Shown: in pieces, positions 48,476 to 56,887 of the stretch
How positions within the stretch are numbered: the first letter of the stretch is position 1
Layout: the number at the start of each line of letters is the position of its first letter
Origin: an uncultured Elusimicrobia bacterium
GTDB lineage: Bacteria; Elusimicrobiota; Elusimicrobia; UBA1565; UBA9628
Direction of reading: 5' to 3'
Length of the DNA: 64,000 nucleotides
Assembly: GCA_903881545.1 (NCBI GenBank)
Contig: CAIRTQ010000033.1
Location: 1,267 to 65,266, forward strand
Program-made: the position numbers and the translations under genes
The notes under the pieces: generated by a model
The model's database searches: none
Told to the model about the DNA's origin: nothing
Seen by the model: the letters and a program-made list of their open reading frames with translations, nothing else

Positions 48476-49830
48476 GAGTAGCTCCCGTGCGGCGGAAATT
48501 TAAAATCGGCTCGGCCGATGGACTGGCAGCGTTCGCAAACATGATCAGAATCGGCCTTCACTCCGACTTGGCCGCGGGCGAACCGGCGGACATGGCGCCG
48601 CGCGGCGCGGTAGCGCGAGCCGTTCCAGAGGGCGCGCCAGCCTTTTCGGGTGAACACGCCGAAATCGTCCGACTGGTCCTCTACACTACAGCAGGGCGAA
48701 GCCGAGCCGTCTGGATTGAGCGCCAGTCCCGCCCAGGGCCACTTGCACAGAGGCCGGGGCCCCGACGGAGCCTCCTGCTGATCACGGCCGCAGCTCTCGC
48801 TGCGCTCGGCTAGGTGCGCCGTTCTTTTGAGCGCGAAACCCAGGTCTGCTGGACGCCGGGTTCGGCGCAAGACCTCGAGCCAATAGGATGCGCGCCGCAA
48901 GTGGCGGGCCTGAAAGCGCCGCGCATGGAGTACGACTGAGGGCGCGCCCGGCTTTACATGCGTGCATTCGCGGGCTCGGCTAAGCTCTTCTGCAGGTGGC
49001 TCAGCGGCGGGCATAGGATAGATCTGGTAGCGCGGGTCGCGCGCCATCCATTCCCAAAGATAGCCCTTTTCGTTGGGTAGATACGGAGCCACCAGGCTCG
49101 TTTGGTCCGCCCCGCAGGCGCGCGCGAACTCCTCGACCCGATCGGCTTCATGCTCGTTGTGCCGGAAGACCAGAAACTGCCAGATGATCCAGGGCTTCTT
49201 GCACCCCAGCGCCTGGCGCTTCTCCACTAATGTGCGCAGGTTCCGCAAAACCCGGTCGAAATCTCCGCCTGCTCGGTAGCGTCCGTAGGTTTCGGGGGAG
49301 AGTCCATCCACGGATAGGCTCAGGATGTCCAAGCCCGAGCGGACCAGGCGGTCGATGGTCTCTTCGCTGGCGTCGTTAAAATTGGCGTCCAGCTTGACTT
49401 CGATGCCGTAGCTCTTGGTCAGCGCGATCATCTCCGGAAGCTGTTTATTGAGTAAGGACTCGCCCCAGTTCATGATGTCCAGGTGGATGGCGGATGGTCC
49501 GACTTCTTTTAGGATGGCCTTGAAGAAATTTATATCCATGGTGCCCTTGTTGCGGACGCCGCGGTTGGCTCCGGTCGGACAGAAAGGGCAATGGAGTTGG
49601 CACAGGTTCGATGGATCCAAGGTGAGCCAATAGGGCCGGCCGCCCCAGAGGCTCTGGCTGCCCCGTGCCATCAGGAATTCCACCCAAAGATAGTTGCCTA
49701 GTTTGAGGTAGCGCCCTTGCCGCCAGAGGTTGCTCGACACGGCCCAGTCGCTCAAGGGGCAGAGTCGCGCTTGGAGCCGGCGCCACCGGCTGGGATTCTT
49801 CTGCGTCCGCGTCATATCCAAGGCCACCAT
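48472..49830 (-). CDS. Radical SAM/SPASM protein
   Basis: DPSNLCQLHCPFC, NWGE, SVDG, WQFLVFRHNEHE, CKWPW...PCC...WNG...CERC. Confidence 0.9.
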   Translation of the reverse strand: MVALDMTRTQKNPSRWRRLQARLCPLSDWAVSSNLWRQGRYLKLGNYLWVEFLMARGSQSLWGGRPYWLTLDPSNLCQLHCPFCPTGANRGVRNKGTMDINFFKAILKEVGPSAIHLDIMNWGESLLNKQLPEMIALTKSYGIEVKLDANFNDASEETIDRLVRSGLDILSLSVDGLSPETYGRYRAGGDFDRVLRNLRTLVEKRQALGCKKPWIIWQFLVFRHNEHEADRVEEFARACGADQTSLVAPYLPNEKGYLWEWMARDPRYQIYPMPAAEPPAEELSRARECTHVKPGAPSVVLHARRFQARHLRRASYWLEVLRRTRRPADLGFALKRTAHLAERSESCGRDQQEAPSGPRPLCKWPWAGLALNPDGSASPCCSVEDQSDDFGVFTRKGWRALWNGSRYRAARRHVRRFARGQVGVKADSDHVCERCQSIGRADFKFPPHGSYS

Positions 49831-49834
49831 GATA

Positions 49835-50575
49835 TCATAGCGTCGACGCGTTCAGGGCGTCGATGCGGGCCTGGTTCAGCCTCGTGGGAGGGATGGATGA
49901 GACGCAATCCGTCATCCTGACCCAGCCGTGGTCCAAGGCGCACACTGCTGACTCCGTTTGCCCTTCGAACCGGCAACCCGTCAAGTCGACCAAGGACCAG
50001 CCCGAGGCGGAGCAGCCTTGCTCGCCGCCGCGCAGGAGGCTGCGTTCCAAACGCACCTGGGAGCCTTCACAACAGATCGCCCCCCAACGCTCCGCCGCGA
50101 TCTCGCCGGAGATGAAGCGCACGCGCGCCAGGCCCATGGCCCAGAGGCCCTTTTCGCTGTCCCGCATCAAGCAGCCCACGCAATCGATCCGGGCATCGTC
50201 GAGAGCCTGTAGCGAAGTCTCGCGCGCCCCAGCGATGCGGACCTGCCGCAGCCGGCCGCGCCCTTGGCCCAGGAAGCAGAGGCCGCCCCAAGGTTCTTCC
50301 GGCGTGCCCAAAGAGATCGAAGCCCCAACAGCACCCAATATCTCAAGCCGGCCCTGCACCACGATGTCGCAGAGCTCGCGGCGGGTCGTCTCGATCGGCC
50401 AACCTTCTGGCGCGCTGCGGAATACCGCGCATGACCAAGCTGGCTTCGGAGCGAACCGCACTTTCGTCCCGGCGTGGATGCGTAACAACTTCCCCTGCGG
50501 GATTAGGAGGTCTCCATCCACGAGGACTTCTCCAGACCATTCCGTGTCGGCGGTGAGTGCCCCGTGCCAGCCCAT
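49835..50575 (-). CDS. Right-handed parallel beta-helix protein
   Basis: WSGEVLVDGDLLIPQGKLLRIHAGTKV, VQGRL, PWGG, then ~22-aa beta-coil repeats; paralogous to the C-terminal half of 56884-59214. Confidence 0.7.
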   Translation of the reverse strand: MGWHGALTADTEWSGEVLVDGDLLIPQGKLLRIHAGTKVRFAPKPAWSCAVFRSAPEGWPIETTRRELCDIVVQGRLEILGAVGASISLGTPEEPWGGLCFLGQGRGRLRQVRIAGARETSLQALDDARIDCVGCLMRDSEKGLWAMGLARVRFISGEIAAERWGAICCEGSQVRLERSLLRGGEQGCSASGWSLVDLTGCRFEGQTESAVCALDHGWVRMTDCVSSIPPTRLNQARIDALNASTL

Positions 50576-53500
50576 TTAGGCCTCCACCGCCAGCTTGCGG
50601 GCCGCCGCCAGGATGGCGGCGCGAGCTTGGGGGCGGTTGGTGATATGGCAAGATAAGTCATCCACGTTGTAGCCCGCGTAGCGTGCGCAGCGGCGGCACC
50701 AGGGATGCGGCTTGCCTTGCGCCATGCTGCAGCGCAGGCTGCGATAGAAAGGGGAATTCCATATGGCCCCGATTTCCGAATCTTTGATGTTCCCGATGTG
50801 CTCGCCCCAGCGACAGCAAGGCAGCACCGAGCCCTGAAGTTCCACATAGATGTGCTGCCAGGGCTCAGTGCAGAGCGACTGCGCGGCCGCGCCGCCGCCA
50901 AACAGGGGGGGCAGGTCCACGCGGAAGGGCCGGTCCGGGGCGCGTTGGCGCAATTGATCTGCCGTCCGGGCAGCTGTCTGCAGGGCCGCGTTGGCCTGGC
51001 CCTGATGGAAGAAGCAGGAGAGCGGGAGTTGCTTGGGCGTGAAGACCTCCACATGCAGGCCGCGCACGCTTTGCGCGCCCAAGTCCCAGGCCAGACGGAT
51101 GAAGTCGGGGAGGTCCGCAATGTTGCGGCTATTGAGCACGTTGACGAGTTCCAGGTGCAGCCGGCCGCTCGCTTGGCTGCGGTCGCGCCATTTGGATAAG
51201 CTCCGCAAGTTGTCGATAATCTCCTGGAAACGGCCTTTGAGACCGGTCAGTTCTTGATGCAGGCCAGCGCGGGAAGAGTGCAAGGAGACTTGAACCGCGT
51301 AGCGTCCCTGCAACAGGCGTTCCACCACCGAGGGCCGCAGGGGTGTTCCGTTGGTGGTCAATATTTTTTCGGTCTCGGGCAAGGATCTGTTGATGTAATC
51401 AAGGAACGCTTCGGCTTTCGGCATGAGCAAGAGCTCCCCGAAGCCGGTAAAGGTGATCTTCTGCGCGTTGCGCAGGAAAGAGCCCATCCGGACCTCGAAG
51501 AAATCTCGGTAGGTCTCCAAGGTGAATCGGGGATAATCGCCTTCGGGACAGAAGATGCAGCGGGCGTTGCAGGCCTGGTGCGCGCCGAGGGTCACCAGCA
51601 CCGGCGTCGAGCGCAGGCGCTGCTCCCCCGCCGCTGTTTCGCGCTGGTTGAGGACCATGTTGAATCCGCGCGGAGAGAACTCTTGCGGCGCCGGCGGAAA
51701 CGCCGGCCCGCGCGCTGGCCGGCCGGCCTTATCGTAGCAACGGCGCAGGGCTTCCCGGAGCGTTTCATCTTGGGATTCTAGGCGCCAGGAGCGGCGATAG
51801 CAGAGGATGGCGCGGGGCAGGTCCGCCTCCCTCTCGTAGTACGCGCCCAGCAGAAGCCACTTGTCCGGCTTGCTACGGAGCACTCCTGAAGTCTCAGGCA
51901 GGCCCAAGGCCAGGGCCAGGCGGCAAAATTCTTCATAGCGGCGGAAGCGTTCCGGATAGTCGTTGCGACCGCCATCTGATTTCCAGTAAAGGTGATGCTC
52001 CGCTCCGGTGATGCCAAACTCCTTCGGATGGTTGTAAAGCCGCGTGTTCTTGTCGATGACGCAGAACGATTGGCTGGCCAGGACCGAATCCACGAACGGC
52101 CGCGCTCGCTTGAGAAGGTCTAGCGTCCGGCTGAAGTCCCGCTTGGTCTCACCCGGGATGCCGAACATGACGTTGATCTGCGCCTTGATCCCTGCCGCGT
52201 GAGCGGCGCGCAATGCGCGCAATGCCTGGGCGTTGGTGAAGCGCTTGTTCATGGCCGCGCGCACTTTGGGCGATCCGGATTCGATGCCAAAGCCTAGCCA
52301 GCGGCAGCCCGCGCGCGCCATCTTGGCCAGCAGCCGCTCATCCATGCCGGGCACCACGATGGCCTGGCCTTCCCAGGTCACGGGCAGGCCTTGCGCGATG
52401 ACCAGGTCGCAGAAGCGCTCGAGCTCGCGCAATCTGCCGTTGAGCAATGAGCCGATGAAATAGAAGTGGTTGACCTGCGGATATAGCTGCATCTGATGGC
52501 TGATCTCAGCGAAGATTCGTTCCCCGCTCATGGAGCGGAATCGGGTCCAGAACTGCCACTCGCTGCAAAAATGGCAGGAGCGGGCGCAGCCGCGGCTGTC
52601 CATGATCTCCAGGCGCCGCGGGTTCCGGTAGCGGCCCTCGCGCATTTGCGCAGTGAAGTCGGAGTAGTCCGGGAAGGGTAGGCGGTCCAGGTCCATGATG
52701 GGTGCGCGGTCGCCGCCGTCCACGATGCCGGAAGGCCCGCGGGCCACCAGTCCGGGCAGTCCCAAAATGGATTTCCCAGCGCGAAGCTGGTCCAATAGCT
52801 CGCGCAAGGTCTCCTCACCTTCGCCGACGGCTACCGCGTCCACGCGCGGGTCAAGCGCTAGGTCTTGGCCCCGTTGTTCCCGCGCGCAGCGCGGCCCGCC
52901 GAAGACCACCAGCCGGGACGGATCGGCGTGCTTGATCCGCCCCGCGATTTCGAGGCTGGCGAGTACCGAAGTCGTGTGGGTCGTGAATCCGATCACCTTG
53001 GCGCCGCTGGCCAGGATGCGGTTGACGCAAGAGTTCACCGCGCTGTCCTGGGATTCCATGAGACGCCCCACCAAGGCGGGATTCTCCCAAAATGAATAGA
53101 GGTCTTTGTCGTCCCAGACGGCCCGTTGCCCGGCCGCGGCATGATAGAGCTCGTTGTTGAGATCGAAGCAGGCAGCCTCGTGGCCATTCTGCCGCGCATA
53201 GGCGGCTAAGGCGGCCAGGGAGAAAGGGGGGCATTCCTGGCCCCAGCCCGGACACTGCACCAAGGCGACTTGGGCGGTACGCTTCTTCGGCGTGGGCGCG
53301 GCAACGGCTGAATCGTCTGATGCCACACGGAGGGGAGTATCCTTCTTGCAGCCTAAGGCCACGATCCGGTCCAGGACTGGATTGGCGGTACAGAGCAGCC
53401 AGCAGTGGCAGCGGCCGCGCGCGACATTGTCCCTTTCCTGGCGCGCTCGAGGCGACTGCCAGACTTCGTCGAACGGGGCCTCACGCACACTGCCGACGGT

Positions 53501-54484
53501 ACGTTGTTTGTTGACCGGGCAGAAGAACAGGCTGCCCTCCGGGTCCAGCATGGCGTAGCGCTGACCAGCCAGGCAATCCGGGAAGAACCGTCGCGGCATC
53601 CGAATGTACTCCTTGAGGTAATGCCAGTAGAGGATCCGGCTCAACAGCCCGACGGATTCGGATTCGCGTCCTTGCAGCAGACGGGGCAAGATGCCTTCGC
53701 GCCGGCATATGTCGTCCATGACCAGATCAATCTGGCCGGTGATCGCCGCGATCTGTGCCGGTTTCCAGAGGAAGGCCGGAGCCTCGGGAACCCCCGTATG
53801 GTTGACCGCCATCTGCGCCCCGAACCAAACGCCCTGCTCCGTCGCGAAGCGATAGGCCGGCCATAGTTGCCGATAGTTGTGTGGAGTGATGGTTAAATTG
53901 AAACTGAATGTAATGTCAGGGAATTCTCGACGCAACATTCCCATCGATTCGACCAGCCCTGCGAAGGCCCCGGAGCGGCCGCGGATCAGGTCATGCGCGC
54001 CCCCCACGCCGTCCAAGGAAGACCCCAGCCATAGCCGTTGAACTCCGGCCGCGCGCAGCTGCGTCAAGCGGCGGCGCAACAGCGTGGGATCGCCGAAATG
54101 GGAAAGCACTCCCAGGGAAGCCTTGGGGAAGCGCCGGCAGAGCAGGGCCGCGATCTCAGGCAGGTCCTGGCGCAGGCAGGGTTCGCCTCCGGTCAGGACG
54201 ATCGTCTCTACGCCGTCCAGCGTCCTTGCCTCGCCGAGGATGTGCTCCAATTCGGCGGCACCCAATTCTCGGCCGGTCGCCGCAGGTTCGGCGCGATGCC
54301 GGCGCCAGTGATGGCACATGAGGCAGCGCATATCGCAGCGCCGGGTCAGTTCCAGATGCAGTTCTCGGATGGGAGATGGGATGCTCCCCTCGTCTTTCAG
54401 CCGCGCCTCGCCGCGCCGGGCGATTTCCGCCAAGAGGCTCTCGGTCCAGCGCAGTGCGTCCAAGGCCAAGGCGCGTCGGCTCAT
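50576..54484 (-). CDS. Triple radical SAM fusion: rSAM/SPASM + B12-rSAM + family-B rSAM/SPASM
   Basis: One open frame with CDMRCLMC (~54314-54337), a B12-binding domain plus CARSCHFC (~52565-52588), and CNARCIFC (~51548-51571). The first and third domains each have a SPASM-type tail. Confidence 0.9.
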   Translation of the reverse strand: MSRRALALDALRWTESLLAEIARRGEARLKDEGSIPSPIRELHLELTRRCDMRCLMCHHWRRHRAEPAATGRELGAAELEHILGEARTLDGVETIVLTGGEPCLRQDLPEIAALLCRRFPKASLGVLSHFGDPTLLRRRLTQLRAAGVQRLWLGSSLDGVGGAHDLIRGRSGAFAGLVESMGMLRREFPDITFSFNLTITPHNYRQLWPAYRFATEQGVWFGAQMAVNHTGVPEAPAFLWKPAQIAAITGQIDLVMDDICRREGILPRLLQGRESESVGLLSRILYWHYLKEYIRMPRRFFPDCLAGQRYAMLDPEGSLFFCPVNKQRTVGSVREAPFDEVWQSPRARQERDNVARGRCHCWLLCTANPVLDRIVALGCKKDTPLRVASDDSAVAAPTPKKRTAQVALVQCPGWGQECPPFSLAALAAYARQNGHEAACFDLNNELYHAAAGQRAVWDDKDLYSFWENPALVGRLMESQDSAVNSCVNRILASGAKVIGFTTHTTSVLASLEIAGRIKHADPSRLVVFGGPRCAREQRGQDLALDPRVDAVAVGEGEETLRELLDQLRAGKSILGLPGLVARGPSGIVDGGDRAPIMDLDRLPFPDYSDFTAQMREGRYRNPRRLEIMDSRGCARSCHFCSEWQFWTRFRSMSGERIFAEISHQMQLYPQVNHFYFIGSLLNGRLRELERFCDLVIAQGLPVTWEGQAIVVPGMDERLLAKMARAGCRWLGFGIESGSPKVRAAMNKRFTNAQALRALRAAHAAGIKAQINVMFGIPGETKRDFSRTLDLLKRARPFVDSVLASQSFCVIDKNTRLYNHPKEFGITGAEHHLYWKSDGGRNDYPERFRRYEEFCRLALALGLPETSGVLRSKPDKWLLLGAYYEREADLPRAILCYRRSWRLESQDETLREALRRCYDKAGRPARGPAFPPAPQEFSPRGFNMVLNQRETAAGEQRLRSTPVLVTLGAHQACNARCIFCPEGDYPRFTLETYRDFFEVRMGSFLRNAQKITFTGFGELLLMPKAEAFLDYINRSLPETEKILTTNGTPLRPSVVERLLQGRYAVQVSLHSSRAGLHQELTGLKGRFQEIIDNLRSLSKWRDRSQASGRLHLELVNVLNSRNIADLPDFIRLAWDLGAQSVRGLHVEVFTPKQLPLSCFFHQGQANAALQTAARTADQLRQRAPDRPFRVDLPPLFGGGAAAQSLCTEPWQHIYVELQGSVLPCCRWGEHIGNIKDSEIGAIWNSPFYRSLRCSMAQGKPHPWCRRCARYAGYNVDDLSCHITNRPQARAAILAAARKLAVEA

Positions 54485-55647
54485 GCGGGACCTCTGCGGA
54501 AGAGCTGTTCGAGCGCGGATGTCGGCCCCAGGCACCACTTGCGCAGCAGAAGGTTCATGTCGGCCTCCGCATCCCGCGCCGCGGGCGGCGGTTCGGTAGG
54601 CGGAAAGGTCAGGATATCGGTGGCGATGAGCAGGCGCTGGTTGAGTTGGCGCAGACGCAGGCAATAGTCGAATACCGCGGCGGCCCAGGTCTGGTAGCGT
54701 TCATCGAGGCCGCCGGCCAGGGCCGCGGCGTTGCGCCGCAGCATCCAGCAAGACGAATCCAGGTAATGCGCGCATTCGCGGTGGCTCCGCCCGGCGCTCA
54801 GACGAGCCGAGGCCAATTGTCTCTGAGAGCCAGCGCGGGATGGCTGGCCCCGCACCGCGCCCACCGCGGCCAGGGGGGCCTCTCCTTCCAGATATTCTTT
54901 CATGCGCTCCAGGCTCGCGGGGATCAGACCGGTGCCGCCCCGCACCGACAGCACGCATCGGTAACGCGCGCGCTGGAGTGCCGCGTTCCAGCCGACGATG
55001 CCGCCGCGTCCCCGGGGCACGGTGATCCATTCGCTGGGGAAGGGCAGCCGGTCCAGGCGCCTACGCAGATTCTGGTCTGAGCCCAGGACCAGGACGCTGA
55101 TGCCGTCGCGGCCCGCGTCATCGAATTCCCGGGAGGGGCGCGGCTGGGCCGGCAAGAAGCGGCCTCCCAGTTTTTCGCAGGCCTGAACTGCGGTCCGAGC
55201 CATGACCCAGTCGTGCGGCTGTGTGCCCTGGTGGTCTGGCCATGGGTCGGAGAGCAGGACCAGGTCCGAAAGCTGGTTCATCCCCGGAATCTGCTCGCGC
55301 CAAGCCGGCGAAAAATTCTCACGGCGCAGGAGGCAAACGCGCGGAGTCGTGGGGGACCATCCGGCCACGCGATGTAGGTTCTCGATACTGGCCGCCTCGC
55401 CGACGGCCAGTATGACCTCGACCCGCGCGTCGAAAAGGGCTTCTTTGACGTGCTCGAAGAAATCCCTTTGCGCGCGAGGCGGGAAACGCATCCCGCCACG
55501 GCAGAGTCCGGGGCCGCCCGGGTCTAGTGCCAGCGCGACGCCCCACCGGGCGCCGAGCTCGTGCAGGAGCTCCGAGGTCCGCTGGCCGTCGCCGGTCTTC
55601 AATTCGTTGAGCCACCCCGGCACCAGCGCCAGCACCCTATACGACAT
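54481..55647 (-). CDS. Degenerate glycosyltransferase-like protein (GT4-like N-terminus + GT2-like C-terminus)
   Basis: GWNAALQRA, CWMLRR, GGLDERY...DYCLRL are GT2-like but the DxD position reads VLSVRGG; AGGAG RBS. Confidence 0.6.
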   Translation of the reverse strand: MSYRVLALVPGWLNELKTGDGQRTSELLHELGARWGVALALDPGGPGLCRGGMRFPPRAQRDFFEHVKEALFDARVEVILAVGEAASIENLHRVAGWSPTTPRVCLLRRENFSPAWREQIPGMNQLSDLVLLSDPWPDHQGTQPHDWVMARTAVQACEKLGGRFLPAQPRPSREFDDAGRDGISVLVLGSDQNLRRRLDRLPFPSEWITVPRGRGGIVGWNAALQRARYRCVLSVRGGTGLIPASLERMKEYLEGEAPLAAVGAVRGQPSRAGSQRQLASARLSAGRSHRECAHYLDSSCWMLRRNAAALAGGLDERYQTWAAAVFDYCLRLRQLNQRLLIATDILTFPPTEPPPAARDAEADMNLLLRKWCLGPTSALEQLFRRGPA

Positions 55648-56887
55648 CGGCTTTCTCCTGAGGCGAGCGCGCCAGCACTTCATCGTACACCGCGCCCAGG
55701 CGCGGGGCGAGCTGCGACCAATCATAGCGGCGGCGCACCAGCTCCACCCCCCGGGCTCCGAGTTCGCGGCGCAGAGGGGCAGAGTCGAGCAGGCGCAGTA
55801 CCTGAGCGGCGAAGAGCGCCGGGGAGTCGGCTGAAAGGACGTCGCGGTCGGGCGTGAGTTCGAGGCCGCGTAGGGAACGCCGCGTTGCCACCACCGGCAG
55901 GCCCGAGGCCAGAGCCTCCAGAATCTTGCCCTTGATGCCCTCTCCCAAGCGTACAGGCGCCACAAACACGGTGGCTTGCTCCAGGTACGGCTTGACGTCC
56001 GGGACCGTCCCCGTGACCGTGACGCCGGGGATATCCCGGGCCAAGTTAAGCACCGCATTGGTGGGGCTTGAGCCCACGGCGAAGAACCGCGCCTGAGGCC
56101 GCACTTTTAGGATCGCGGGCCAGATCTTCCGGCAGAAAAAGACCACCGCGTCTTCGTTGGGGTAGTGGGGGTAGTGGCCTACGTAAAGCAGGGTGGGCGC
56201 CGCGCCGGTGGGGGGCTCTGGGGCCGGGCGGAAATGCGTCGTGTCCACGCCCGTAGGGACCACTTGGATTTTGTGGGCCGCGATGACTTTGGAAAGGCGG
56301 TGATGGTCCGTGGGAGTCATGACCACGACCCGGTCGAACCAAGTCCCGGCCTGGCGCACGAATGCCACGCGGCGGCGCCATTGCCGGATCTGTAGGAATT
56401 TGCGCCAGCCCACCATCTCCCGGAAGTAGGAGCCGAAGAACGATATGGAACCGGCGTCGTGCTGAGTCCAGATGCGGGGCACTCCGGCGAGCTGGCGAGC
56501 GTAGAGCGCCGTGAGGTCGAACTCGGCGTGCACCAGGTCCGGCCGCTCTTCTGCGACGATCTCCGCTACCCTCTGAGCCGTCTGCGGGTCGAAAAAGCGG
56601 GCGACGTCATCGGGGAGGGCCAAACGGTCGACGCGAAGCGAGCGGGGTTCCGGAGGCAGCGTGAGCCAATGGATGCGCTCGAAGATGGGCCGCAAGTAGT
56701 GGTGCTCCCACAGGAGCTCTTGCGCCGTTTGATGCGCGTCGCGCGGGATGTCGCGCGGGAGGAAGGTGGCCAGGGAGAAACGGAACCGTTGGCCCAGAAG
56801 CTGGCACAAGGTGTGGATGCGCTTGCATCCACCATCGAAGGGGTAGGGCGGGGAAGGCGTCAAAAGCAGCACATGCGGCTTCATCAT
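55637..56887 (-). CDS. Glycosyltransferase family 4
   Basis: PPYPFDGG, VPTGVD, YVGHY.HYPN.DA, VFVAPVRLGEGIKGKILEALASGLPVV, YDW. Confidence 0.92.
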   Translation of the reverse strand: MMKPHVLLLTPSPPYPFDGGCKRIHTLCQLLGQRFRFSLATFLPRDIPRDAHQTAQELLWEHHYLRPIFERIHWLTLPPEPRSLRVDRLALPDDVARFFDPQTAQRVAEIVAEERPDLVHAEFDLTALYARQLAGVPRIWTQHDAGSISFFGSYFREMVGWRKFLQIRQWRRRVAFVRQAGTWFDRVVVMTPTDHHRLSKVIAAHKIQVVPTGVDTTHFRPAPEPPTGAAPTLLYVGHYPHYPNEDAVVFFCRKIWPAILKVRPQARFFAVGSSPTNAVLNLARDIPGVTVTGTVPDVKPYLEQATVFVAPVRLGEGIKGKILEALASGLPVVATRRSLRGLELTPDRDVLSADSPALFAAQVLRLLDSAPLRRELGARGVELVRRRYDWSQLAPRLGAVYDEVLARSPQEKADVV

